DNA of 64,000 bases from an uncultured Enterobacteriaceae bacterium. Lineage in GTDB: Bacteria > Pseudomonadota > Gammaproteobacteria > Ga0077536. Numbering within the stretch: position 1 is the first letter of the stretch; every line of letters starts with the position of its first letter. A program made the translations under genes and the position numbers. The stretch is from positions 329-64,328 of the forward strand of contig CAZFZX010000005.1 of assembly GCA_964523765.1 (NCBI GenBank), given 5' to 3'. The notes below the pieces were generated by a model, which was not told the DNA's origin, ran no database searches, and saw nothing but the letters and a program-made list of their open reading frames with translations. This document shows, one piece after another, positions 35,520-44,968 of the stretch.

Positions 35520-37445
35520 GTGGGCTGTAACGTTTTGAATCTTGCCTGTGCTCTCAATCCGCGGGATAGTGTAAGTACTCTCCTAAGCCGTATTTTAGAT
35601 GCGATCGCAGGCCGTTGTAGCTCGATTTCGGTTTTTCTATTGCTCCTCATCTCCCTTGGACTTCCGGCCTTCGGAGAGCCTATCGCCTATTCGATAATCG
35701 AAACCGCCGACTCGGGTCTGCTCGACATGATCGACTACGTCGAAGTCGCAGAAGATGAGACGCGGAACCTGGACGTGAGTGCCGTAGCCGATGGTAGTCT
35801 CGAGGGAAGGTTCCACCCCGCGACGAGAACGAACACCAATATGGGTTTTACGTCTTCGGCTTATTGGGCGCGCTTCGAAATTGCTTTCGATTCTGTGGCC
35901 GAAGACACGATCTATGTCGTCGCGGAACATCCGTTGATCGATCACATCGAGTTCTATGCGCCACGCCCTGACGGCTCGTACGTTCGCACCGTTGCGGGAG
36001 ACCGCGAGCCCTTCGCGGACCGGGTCCACGATTACCGCAACTTCGTTTTTGAGATCGAACCGGCACCGGATACGATACAGACGTACTATGTTCGGGTAGA
36101 AAGTGACGATAGTGCGCTATCGCTGCCCCTCTACGCCTATTCGCGGGGCGACCTCGCGCGGCATGTGCACGGAACGCAATACGTGTTCGGTGTCTACTAC
36201 GGGGTAATGCTGTTGGTAGCCGCGAGCAGCCTCGTCATATTTTTTCTCGTCCGAGACATTGTGTTGCTGGCCTATTTCGCGTACATCGTCCTTTATACGA
36301 TGCTCTTGCTTTCGCTAAATGGGTTCGGTTACCAGTACCTGTGGCCCGAACATCCAGATTTTCAGGCAGGCGCAGGAACATTGTTCGCGGTATTCGCGCA
36401 GGTCGCCGCCATAATCTTCATACGGCTCTGTCTTGATACAAAGCGGCTCTTACCGCGAACGGATAGGCTATTCAAGGCAGTAATCTTGGTTCCGTTAGCC
36501 GCTGGAGTCTATCATCTAGCCGCATCCGATAATCTTGGCACCGTCGTAGCCGTCCATTTCGGCTTGGTATTGCCCGTGATCGTGTTGCCGGTGGCGTTTG
36601 CCTGCATGGCAATGGGCTACCGGCCCGCGCGGTACTTTCTCGCGGGTTGGGCCCTGCATGCGGTTGGGATCTTTGTAACATCTTTCTACTACTCGGGCAT
36701 GCTACCCAATCTGATGCTGTTCAAACACGCCATGCAAATCGGATCGATGGGAGAGTTCGTTTTGCTTACGTTCGCCATAGGCGATCGCATCGCCCTGATG
36801 AAACGCGACAAGGAAAATGAAATTTCGGCAGTGAACCGAGAACTGACCGATCTCAATCAGAATCTCGAGGCGTTGGTGCACGAGCGGACCACGGCGCTGG
36901 AAGAAAAGAATGCCGAGCTACAGGACCTCGCGGTGCGTGACAGTCTCACAGGTCTGTACAATCACAGTACGACGATCGAGCTCATGGAGCAGTTCGGCAA
37001 ACAGAGCCAGAGGTACGATTTTCCGATGGCGATTATCATGCTCGACCTCGATCACTTCAAGAATATCAACGATGATTTCGGCCATCTCGTGGGTGATGCG
37101 GTACTGAAGCGCGTGACGCACGAACTGGAGAACTCATTGCGCGATTCGGACATCATCGGTCGTTACGGTGGAGAGGAATTCGTCGTGATCCTGCCGCATG
37201 CAGATGCTGCGGCGGCGAAGGACTACGGGCGGCGATTGCTCGCCAACATCCGTGCTCTCGAAATTCCCGAGATGGGTGCGCGGCGAGTTACTGCGAGTGC
37301 CGGCATTTCGGTATCGCATCCGCACAAGCGGCGATTCTTATCGGAGGAACTGATCAAACGGGCCGATGATGCGCTCTACAAATCGAAACGCGACGGCCGT
37401 AATCGACTCACGGTCGCTAATCTTGACTTGGTCTCAAGCGGTTGA
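35520..37445 (+). CDS. 7TMR-DISM sensor diguanylate cyclase (GGDEF with I-site)
   Basis: 641 aa. Extracellular 7TMR-DISMED2-like region (FTSSAYWARFEI), seven TM helices, a coiled coil, and GGDEF with an RDSD I-site five residues before GGEEF. GTG start is uncertain. Confidence 0.85.
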   Translation: MGCNVLNLACALNPRDSVSTLLSRILDAIAGRCSSISVFLLLLISLGLPAFGEPIAYSIIETADSGLLDMIDYVEVAEDETRNLDVSAVADGSLEGRFHPATRTNTNMGFTSSAYWARFEIAFDSVAEDTIYVVAEHPLIDHIEFYAPRPDGSYVRTVAGDREPFADRVHDYRNFVFEIEPAPDTIQTYYVRVESDDSALSLPLYAYSRGDLARHVHGTQYVFGVYYGVMLLVAASSLVIFFLVRDIVLLAYFAYIVLYTMLLLSLNGFGYQYLWPEHPDFQAGAGTLFAVFAQVAAIIFIRLCLDTKRLLPRTDRLFKAVILVPLAAGVYHLAASDNLGTVVAVHFGLVLPVIVLPVAFACMAMGYRPARYFLAGWALHAVGIFVTSFYYSGMLPNLMLFKHAMQIGSMGEFVLLTFAIGDRIALMKRDKENEISAVNRELTDLNQNLEALVHERTTALEEKNAELQDLAVRDSLTGLYNHSTTIELMEQFGKQSQRYDFPMAIIMLDLDHFKNINDDFGHLVGDAVLKRVTHELENSLRDSDIIGRYGGEEFVVILPHADAAAAKDYGRRLLANIRALEIPEMGARRVTASAGISVSHPHKRRFLSEELIKRADDALYKSKRDGRNRLTVANLDLVSSG

Positions 37446-37455
37446 CCCGCGACAC

Positions 37456-39735
37456 CTACCCGACCGACACATCCGTCAGGATCGGGTCTGAGTCGACGGC
37501 CACCTCGTTGTCGATCAAGGTGCCGCAACCCGGGCAGAAAAACTGTCGGAACTCGACCGTATCGTCGATGAAGCGCGTCGGTTCGCCGATCAAAGGATTG
37601 GATGCAGAGACCGGTTGGTCTTCGCAAATACATCCGTCTTTGTAGTTTTCCGCGGTCGCGCCGAGCGGCGCCGAGCATTTGCCGCAGGCCCAGTATCGAC
37701 CCTCGCCGTCGACCAATACATTAAGACAGCTTCCGGCTTCGAAGACGAGTGCACCGGGGCGCGCTTTTTGCGCTGCGCCGTGTTTGCGAACGCGCCCGGC
37801 ACGCACTCTTGCACGATGCGCCTCAGTGGCTCCGGCATCTACCGTGCCTTCGTCGTCGATAACGGCACCATAGATAGCCCGTGCCGCCGCCGCCGTGATC
37901 GAACGGTCTTCGAGGTCTCGCTCGATATCGAGCGGCGACCGGTCCATCGGATCTCCAAAGCCCCCGCCGCCGGTCCAACGCACCGCGTAAACATCGCGTC
38001 CGTGCTGCAGAAAGTTTTCTTCGCGCAGTTGCAAGGTGATCGGATCGCCGTTCAACTCGGTGCTGTCGTCCGGCATCTCCGCGGCTTCCATGCGCTCGAA
38101 GATATCGCTGTCGCGAATAAACGTGTAGGCGTTGGTCGTTGATGGGTAGCCGCCCATCATGCCGGAGGATGTTGGGGTCGCGTTGCCAGAGGACAGCGTA
38201 TCCTGGGTAATGACGTCGGTGTTGTGCGGAATGAAGCAGCTTTCGGCCGATAGCCCCCCGCGGTAGCGTCCGGCGCCGCCGGAGTCCGGCAGTTCCTTGC
38301 GGTAGAGAAACAGGACCGGGAAACTCTGTTCGGTATGTTCGATGTTCGGCAGTTGACAAATAGGGGTGCGCGCCTGCCCGCCCGTATTGATACCGTCGGC
38401 GGTCGAGAATGCACCGATTGCGCCGCCGATCGGATCGATTAGCAGGTAGCCGAAGCGCTCGCCCCATTGGTCGACGCCGCGGAAGAGCGTAGCCGGCCAT
38501 TGGCTGGTGCCGCCGATGCACATGATGTCCTTCCTCATCTCTGGATCCGGATAGATCATTTTCGACAGCACGTTGTATGCCGGATAGAGCGATATCTCCA
38601 TCGATTGGATCGGCGCGGTGGAAACCGATGCGGGGAAATCGGCGCAGTTGAATGTTCCGGGTGTCGGGTCGAATTCGATGTGGCGCAGGGCGCCGCCGCA
38701 AGCAAAGTACTGATCCCAACACAACAATTCGTTGACCGCGACCATGATCGAACCGCGCCAGCCCGAATACGTCGCGTTCATCGCACCGTCCTGGTCCGCG
38801 GAGCCGTCGTTCGTGAAGCACAGCTTAGTGCCCTCCTTGCGGAGGCCGATCATCACGCGGTGGGTTCTGCGGTCGCCCGGCCGGCAGGCTTCGACGTAGG
38901 TTCTATCCTGCCAGAACCCGTCGGGCAGGCGCGCCATCTTCTCGAGAAACGACTTCTCTGAATTGTCGATGACGCGCTTCATCACTCCCTTTACGGTGCC
39001 AGCCCCGTAGCGTTCGATCAGCGCCAACACCCGCCCGCGCGCCGTCGTGTTACCGGCCATTTGTGCGCGAAAATCGAGCGCGACCAAGTCGGGTTTGCGC
39101 GATGAACGCAGATAGACGGCTTCGATATCCTTACGAATTTCATGGTTTTCGATGATTTTGAGCGGCGGAAGAAGGATCCCTTCCTCGAACGCCGATTCAG
39201 CCGACGGACAGAAGCTGCCGGGGGTGATACCGCCGATGTCGTACTGGTGCAGGCAGTTGGTGACCCAGCAAAACAGTTCGTTCTCCCAGAACACCGGACA
39301 CAGTAGCATCACATCCTGTTGGTGGGCCGCGCCTACCCAAGGGTCGTTGGCGATGAACATATCGCCGGCGCTGATGCCCGGGTTGTCGCTACGGTTCTCC
39401 AGCGTCCACTTTACCTGGACGTCGGTGACCCCGGACATGTATTGCATGTAAGGGCCGAAGTACACAAACTCCGCGTCTTCGGTCAGTATCGACGGATTCA
39501 GATCGAGCGCGTAGGTTGCTACCGGCGAACCAGAAATACGTTGGATCGTAGCGCCGTGTTCTTCATTGATCTGCCAGAGGTTGTGGCGTATCACTTCGTA
39601 GGTAATCGGGTCGATATCGTTATCCCACGCGCGGTGCATCGTCAGTTTGTCGGATATCGACAGAACCTTCGGCGGCACATACGGTTGTTCGACGCCGTTG
39701 AAGTCTACGTCCGTCATTTCGCTGATTCTAGGCAT
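37456..39735 (-). CDS. HyuB-type subunit with a C-terminally fused acetone-carboxylase-gamma-like Zn-ribbon domain
   Basis: HyuB-like body. The last ~100 aa carry WACGKCSAP...FFCPGCGTLIDNEV, the same pattern as the free gamma gene at 10638..11009. The ATG at 39735 overlaps the upstream stop by 8 nt; the ORF track starts at 39810. Confidence 0.85.
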   Translation of the reverse strand: MPRISEMTDVDFNGVEQPYVPPKVLSISDKLTMHRAWDNDIDPITYEVIRHNLWQINEEHGATIQRISGSPVATYALDLNPSILTEDAEFVYFGPYMQYMSGVTDVQVKWTLENRSDNPGISAGDMFIANDPWVGAAHQQDVMLLCPVFWENELFCWVTNCLHQYDIGGITPGSFCPSAESAFEEGILLPPLKIIENHEIRKDIEAVYLRSSRKPDLVALDFRAQMAGNTTARGRVLALIERYGAGTVKGVMKRVIDNSEKSFLEKMARLPDGFWQDRTYVEACRPGDRRTHRVMIGLRKEGTKLCFTNDGSADQDGAMNATYSGWRGSIMVAVNELLCWDQYFACGGALRHIEFDPTPGTFNCADFPASVSTAPIQSMEISLYPAYNVLSKMIYPDPEMRKDIMCIGGTSQWPATLFRGVDQWGERFGYLLIDPIGGAIGAFSTADGINTGGQARTPICQLPNIEHTEQSFPVLFLYRKELPDSGGAGRYRGGLSAESCFIPHNTDVITQDTLSSGNATPTSSGMMGGYPSTTNAYTFIRDSDIFERMEAAEMPDDSTELNGDPITLQLREENFLQHGRDVYAVRWTGGGGFGDPMDRSPLDIERDLEDRSITAAAARAIYGAVIDDEGTVDAGATEAHRARVRAGRVRKHGAAQKARPGALVFEAGSCLNVLVDGEGRYWACGKCSAPLGATAENYKDGCICEDQPVSASNPLIGEPTRFIDDTVEFRQFFCPGCGTLIDNEVAVDSDPILTDVSVG

Positions 39736-41872
39736 GACGGTTTTCCTCGCTGACCTCGGAGCCGGCGTTTTCGTCGGGGGCGATAAGGAAATTGCCCAAG
39801 GCATCGACACCTACGGCCTGGCCGGGATGTATGACCATCGACGTCGTGTTTGTTTCTACGACGCACGGACCGGCGATGGCATTGCCGGGGGCCAGCTTGT
39901 AGCCGTCGAAGATCGGGGTAGCGGAGATCCGTTTGTTTTCGGCCCAGTAGATGTCGCGCGAACCGGTCCTGGCCGACGGGTCTAATTCACTGCTCAAGTC
40001 CGTTGCTTCGACTAATCTCGGCTTGCGCGAGTGCGCGCTCGCGCGACAGCGTAACGTCACGATCTCCAGCCGCGCGCCCGGTAGCGCCGCGCCGCGGCCG
40101 TAAAGCCGCTCGTAGCAGGCAACAAAACGTTCGCGCAGTGTATCTACGTCGCTGGCGGACAGGACGCCGGCGTCGAGGCCGACTTCGACCTCGTTAATCT
40201 GGCCCCGATGGCGCATGTCGAGCGAGAGTGCAAACTGGTGTCGATCGGGATCGATGCCGTCCTCGTGCAGCTGGCGGCGGCCACGATCCTCCAATGCTTC
40301 GATTAGGGCACTAATCTTTTCCCGATCGAAAGGCGACGACATGATGTTGACCTGCTCGTTGACGTGCAGAATATCAGCCGACGCTGCCCCGAACGCACAC
40401 CACACGGCCGCGGTGTCACCCTGCGGCACAATCACTTTCTGTACGCCGAGTTCGCGCGCCGCGACACCCATATGGACCGGCCCGGCGCCGCCGAACGCGA
40501 AAACCACGAACTCCCGCGGGTCGAGGCCTTTCTGAACGGTGACTTTGCGGATCAGATCGGCCATCTGAAACTCGGCTATTTGAGCAATTCCGCTGGCGAG
40601 TTCGAGCAGCTCCAGTTCGAGTTCGTCGGCGAGCAACTGTAGCGCCGCAGCCGCCGCGTCGCGATCCAGTTTCATCGTACCACCGGCGAAACTGTCGGCG
40701 TCGAGGTAACCGAGGACCAGATCCGCGTCTGTCGTCGTCGGCACCGCACCACCACGACCGTAGCATACGGGTCCCGGGTCGGCGCCGGCACTTTCGGGCC
40801 CCACTTTGAGGGTCCGCGTCGTTTTGTCGATCCACACTTTGCTGCCGCCGCCGGTGCCCAGCGTCTGGACGTCGACCTTGGGTAGAAAATACTCGTACTG
40901 ATGTACGAGGCTGCGATAGGACACGGCCGGGCGGCCCTCGTGGATCACGCCCACGTCGAACGAAGTTCCGCCCATGTCGGTGGTGATCACATTGCGGTAG
41001 CCCATCAACGCCCCGAGGTAGACCGAGCCCGTTACTCCGGATACCGGACCCGAGTCCAGTGTGAGCAGCGGCGCTTCGCGGGCCTTGTTCACCGAAATGG
41101 TCCCGCCCGCGCATTGTGTTATCTGCAGTGGTTGTTGATAGCCCAAGTCTTTCAAGCGGCCGTCGAGCCGGGTGATGTAGCCGACCGTGCTCGGTCCGAT
41201 ATAAGCGTTCAATGCGGCTGCCGTCGTGCGTTCGTATTCGCCCCATTTCGGCGCAAGGTCGGCGGAGCAGGTGACATACAGGGTTGGCGCCAGCTCCTCG
41301 GCGATTTCCTTGATCCGGCGTTCGTGGGTCGGATCGAGGAAACTCCAGAGCAGGCAGATAGCGAGTGCTTCGCACCCTGCATCACGGAGTTGGCTGATCG
41401 CGGTGCGTACCTCCTTTTCATTGAGCTCGACGACCACCCGGCCAAAGCAGTCGACGCGTTCGGAGACGCCGCGGATGAAGCGTTTCGGTACGATCGGCTC
41501 CGGTTTGCTGCTTTCGGGAAAATGCACGATGAGCTTGATATCCTGGCCGCTCAGGCCCCGCGACCCGCGCATGATATGAATTACGTCGTTGTGGCCCTTC
41601 GTGGTTACCAGGCCCACCTTCGCCCCGCGTCGTTGAATCACTGCGTTGGTCCCGATCGTCGTCCCGTGCGCGAGGACCGCTATCGAATCGAGCAATACCT
41701 GCAATTCAACCCCGATTTCGGCGGCGGCGCGTGACAGCGCTTCAATGACGCCGTCGGCGAAATTGGCGGGTGTCGAAGGCGCTTTGGCAATCGTCAACCT
41801 GCCTTCGTCATCGATCAGGACGCAATCGGTGAAGGTGCCTCCGATATCGAGGCCGCACAAATAGGAAGACAT
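39728..41872 (-). CDS. HyuA-type hydantoinase/oxoprolinase subunit
   Basis: LDIGGTFTDC and TTDMGGTSFD motifs. Start is set at MSSYLCGLDIGG (ATG 41872). The extra 25 codons in the ORF track run through an intergenic hairpin. Confidence 0.9.
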   Translation of the reverse strand: MSSYLCGLDIGGTFTDCVLIDDEGRLTIAKAPSTPANFADGVIEALSRAAAEIGVELQVLLDSIAVLAHGTTIGTNAVIQRRGAKVGLVTTKGHNDVIHIMRGSRGLSGQDIKLIVHFPESSKPEPIVPKRFIRGVSERVDCFGRVVVELNEKEVRTAISQLRDAGCEALAICLLWSFLDPTHERRIKEIAEELAPTLYVTCSADLAPKWGEYERTTAAALNAYIGPSTVGYITRLDGRLKDLGYQQPLQITQCAGGTISVNKAREAPLLTLDSGPVSGVTGSVYLGALMGYRNVITTDMGGTSFDVGVIHEGRPAVSYRSLVHQYEYFLPKVDVQTLGTGGGSKVWIDKTTRTLKVGPESAGADPGPVCYGRGGAVPTTTDADLVLGYLDADSFAGGTMKLDRDAAAAALQLLADELELELLELASGIAQIAEFQMADLIRKVTVQKGLDPREFVVFAFGGAGPVHMGVAARELGVQKVIVPQGDTAAVWCAFGAASADILHVNEQVNIMSSPFDREKISALIEALEDRGRRQLHEDGIDPDRHQFALSLDMRHRGQINEVEVGLDAGVLSASDVDTLRERFVACYERLYGRGAALPGARLEIVTLRCRASAHSRKPRLVEATDLSSELDPSARTGSRDIYWAENKRISATPIFDGYKLAPGNAIAGPCVVETNTTSMVIHPGQAVGVDALGNFLIAPDENAGSEVSEENRHA

Positions 41873-41904
41873 GGGGGGAATAGTCCTTTTCGCGAATAGT
41901 CGCG

Positions 41905-41936
41905 AAAAGGGGTCGGATTCAAATCCGACCCCTTTT
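41905..41936. other. symmetric A-tract/stem/T-tract hairpin in a divergent promoter region
   Basis: aaaaggggtcgga-ttcaaa-tccgacccctttt. It resembles a bidirectional terminator but lies between two divergent gene starts. Confidence 0.4.
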
Positions 41937-42060
41937 TCTTTGTTCAAAATTATACGATCGTTAAACCGCTTTCAAGTACTATTGCCGGGTGCGGCGAGCG
42001 ATCGAAAGCACCTATTGGCTCTGTCAGTCCGCCTTACACACGATCGGAGGTATACGTACG

Positions 42061-42867
42061 ATGAGTGAAATGTTCAAACCGTCCGGGGTCATTACGATCA
42101 CCACCGATTTCGGCCACCGCGGACCGTTCGTCGGGACGATGAAGGGCGTCGTTCTCGACCGTTATCCGGATGCCAAGATCGTCGATCTAACCCATGAGGC
42201 CTACGTGCACTGGCCGGCAGAAGCAGGATTCTGGTTGGAGCGATCCTTCCGATACTTCCCGGTCGGCACGGTCCACCTCGCCGTCGTCGATCCGGGGGTC
42301 GGGACCGACCGATCGGTGTTGCTCGTGGTCGGCGCCGGGCACGTGTTTCTCGCTCCGGACAATGGCCTGCTGGCCGGCGTGATCGACGCGATAGACGCGA
42401 CGGTGATCAAAGTAGAAGAACACCAAATCGCTCGCTTTGCTTTGGAATCGGTGAGTGCAACATTTCACGGGCGCGACATATTCGCCCCGCTCGCCGGCGA
42501 ACTCGCCTCCGGAAAACTATCTCCCGAGGCGCTGGGCTCGCCGACGCGCGATTACATTCCATCCCTTATCGAGCCGCCAGAGTACCGCGGTGGAGAACTG
42601 CACGGCGTGGTGATCACGACCGACAATTTTGGAAATCTGTTCACCAATATCGACGGGCCGGCGCTGGCGGCGTTCCAGCGGCCGATGGTGCGCGCCGGCG
42701 GGCACGACATCGCGCTTCGCCGCACCTATGCTGATGTCTCGCCCGGAGATTTGCTGGCGCTGCTCAATTCTTACGGCGTCGTCGAGATCGCTCGCGCCGA
42801 ACAGAGCGCGGCGGAACTTCTCGGACTTGGTCGCGGCGCGCCTGTGGTCGTCATTGAGGGCGGTTGA
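42061..42867 (+). CDS. SAM hydrolase / SAM-dependent halogenase family protein (DUF62, S-adenosyl-L-methionine hydroxide adenosyltransferase-like)
   Basis: N-terminal ITITTDFGHRGPFVGTMKGV and DPGVGT motifs. ATG at 42061. Confidence 0.8.
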   Translation: MSEMFKPSGVITITTDFGHRGPFVGTMKGVVLDRYPDAKIVDLTHEAYVHWPAEAGFWLERSFRYFPVGTVHLAVVDPGVGTDRSVLLVVGAGHVFLAPDNGLLAGVIDAIDATVIKVEEHQIARFALESVSATFHGRDIFAPLAGELASGKLSPEALGSPTRDYIPSLIEPPEYRGGELHGVVITTDNFGNLFTNIDGPALAAFQRPMVRAGGHDIALRRTYADVSPGDLLALLNSYGVVEIARAEQSAAELLGLGRGAPVVVIEGG

Positions 42868-42928
42868 TGCTCGGGGAAGTGCGTTTTGCGTCGGGCAGAT
42901 GCGCTAAGCAATCGATGGAGGTGCCCTA

Positions 42929-43705
42929 ATGAGTGTTCTTGGCTGGATCATCGCCTTCAGCGTCATCGGCAGCCTCCTCAGCGTCGGCACCGCGGCAGCG
43001 TATCTGTTGTTGCCACAGCGGTTGCGTGATCGCAGTTTGTCGATGCTGGTCAGCTTCGCTACCGGCGTCCTGCTCGGTGTCGCATTCATCCATCTCCTTC
43101 CGCACGCGCTCGACCACGAGGCTACGCGAGGCTCGAGCGCGATCATGGCGACCGTTCTAGCCGGCATCTTTGTATTTTTCGTACTCGAGAAAGCCTTGAT
43201 ATGGCGTCATGCGCACCACCATCGCCATGATCCGGCATACGAACACGGCGGTGCGAAATCGGCCGGGCCATTGATCGTCGTCGGCGACACCTTTCATAAC
43301 TTTCTCGACGGGATATTGTTGACAGCTGCGTTTGTCACCGACGTTCATCTCGGGATCGCAACCGGGTTTGCGTTGATCGCCCACGAGATCCCGCAGGAGC
43401 TAGGGGATTTCGCGATCTTGTTGAACAGCGGGCTTTCGCGTTTCCATGCTTTCGTCCTGAATGGAGTATCGAGCCTGGCGATGGTCATCGGCGCGCTTCT
43501 GGCGTGGTGGGGGATCCAGTACGTACAAGCCGTACTGCCTTACATTCTTGCGTTTACAGCCGCGAGTTTCATCTACATCGCCGTTGCCGATCTGATCCCG
43601 ACGCTGCATCGCGGTGTCCGCCTGAAAGATACCGTAGCCCAACTGACGCTCATTACCGCGGGGATCCTGCTGATCATCGCTTTTCAGCACGCCGAGGTGG
43701 GCTGA
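42929..43705 (+). CDS. ZIP-family divalent metal (Zn/Fe) transporter
   Basis: 258 aa with about 8 TM helices. His-rich loop HAHHHRHDPAYEH. Signature HEIPQELGDFAILL. Confidence 0.85.
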   Translation: MSVLGWIIAFSVIGSLLSVGTAAAYLLLPQRLRDRSLSMLVSFATGVLLGVAFIHLLPHALDHEATRGSSAIMATVLAGIFVFFVLEKALIWRHAHHHRHDPAYEHGGAKSAGPLIVVGDTFHNFLDGILLTAAFVTDVHLGIATGFALIAHEIPQELGDFAILLNSGLSRFHAFVLNGVSSLAMVIGALLAWWGIQYVQAVLPYILAFTAASFIYIAVADLIPTLHRGVRLKDTVAQLTLITAGILLIIAFQHAEVG

Positions 43706-43772
43706 TCGTGGGTGCGTGCGCGCGGAACCAGGTGAGCGGAGAAATCCATATCCAGACGATGGACGACAACGA

Positions 43773-44942
43773 ATGAACATTGGCGCGCTCGATATTGACC
43801 GCCTGCGGCTTCGTGCCGGCGAAAAGTGGTCGCATTACCCGCCGGACGTATTGCCGTCGTGGGTGGCGGATATGGATTTCGAAATAGCGGCGCCGATCCG
43901 CGCGGCGGTGGAGCATTGCCTGTCGGTCTCGGATTGCGGTTATCCGGTCCCGGCGGACCGCACCGGGTTGGCGGAAATATTGAGCGAGCGGGTCGCAGAA
44001 CGTTTTGGTTGGCGGATCTCCCCCGACCGGGTCGAACTCTTCACCGATGTAGTGCAAGCGATCTATTTCGGACTTCTGGCTTTGGCCGATGACGGCGAAG
44101 GGGTTGTCATTCAGACCCCGATTTATCCGCCTTTTATCAGCGCGACGAACACGACTGAGCGCCGTTTGGTGTTCTGTCCGCTCAGCGTGGGCCCCGGCGG
44201 CTTCGAGATCGATTTCGATCAGATGCGCGAACGAATCGATGCCGGTACCCGGGTGCTGTTGTTGTGCAACCCTCATAATCCGAGCGGCCGGTGCTTCACG
44301 CGCGTCGAACTCGAGGGTCTCGCCAGCATCGCTCTCGACCATGATCTTGCGATCATTTCCGATGAAATTCACGCGGATCTCGTGTTCCAGCCGCACCGGC
44401 ATATTCCGATCGCCAGCCTCTCGCCCGAGGTTGCCGAGCGTACCGTGACCCTCATGTCGGCGAGCAAAGCGTTCAATATCGCGGGGATCTGCATGGCCTT
44501 CGCGGTCTTCGGTGGCGATTCGATCAGAAAAAGATTCGCGAAGATCCCCCGGCGGCTACGTGGTGGCGTATCCGCGCTCAGCATCGCGGCGGTGACGGCC
44601 GCCTTGACCGACGGCCAGCCCTGGCTGGACGAGGTCCTCCGGTACCTGCAGGCGAACCGGGACTTTGTCCGTAGCCATGCGACCGCCAATTGGCCGCAGG
44701 CGGTGCATTTCCCACCGCAAGCGACCTACCTCGGGTGGTTCGATTTTCGCCGCTACGAGCTGTCGCCGAGCCCCTACGCCTTTTTTCTCGACCACGCCAG
44801 GGTGGCGCTCGGGGACGGGGCTCGGTTCGGTGATCCGGGTCGGGCCTGCGTTCGATTGAATTTCGCCACCTCGCGCAGCATTCTGGAGCAGATCACCGGC
44901 AGGATGGATAATGCGCTTGCCGCCCACCCCAGGGAATCTTAG
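43773..44942 (+). CDS. PLP-dependent C-S lyase / aminotransferase class I-II (MalY/PatB-like)
   Basis: WVADMDF near the N-terminus. NPHNPSG. PLP-Lys motif SASKAFNIAG. ATG at 43773. Confidence 0.8.
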   Translation: MNIGALDIDRLRLRAGEKWSHYPPDVLPSWVADMDFEIAAPIRAAVEHCLSVSDCGYPVPADRTGLAEILSERVAERFGWRISPDRVELFTDVVQAIYFGLLALADDGEGVVIQTPIYPPFISATNTTERRLVFCPLSVGPGGFEIDFDQMRERIDAGTRVLLLCNPHNPSGRCFTRVELEGLASIALDHDLAIISDEIHADLVFQPHRHIPIASLSPEVAERTVTLMSASKAFNIAGICMAFAVFGGDSIRKRFAKIPRRLRGGVSALSIAAVTAALTDGQPWLDEVLRYLQANRDFVRSHATANWPQAVHFPPQATYLGWFDFRRYELSPSPYAFFLDHARVALGDGARFGDPGRACVRLNFATSRSILEQITGRMDNALAAHPRES

Positions 44943-44968
44943 CCCGGGCCCGTTCGTGGGGTCGTCGA

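Noticed and set aside
41905-41936. A possible tRNA fragment, because of a ttcaaatcc T-loop-like sequence.
   Set aside because: The stem is 13 bp with a 6-nt loop, and no acceptor, D or anticodon arms lie around it. It is a simple hairpin, not a tRNA.
41873-41947. N-terminal extensions proposed by the ORF track for several genes (39728..41947, 37456..39810, 41989..42867, 43716..44942, 50667..51620, 5072..5623, 48779..49222).
   Set aside because: The family-typical N-termini begin at internal ATGs. The extensions run through hairpins or repeats, or overlap the preceding gene, so shorter coordinates were used.
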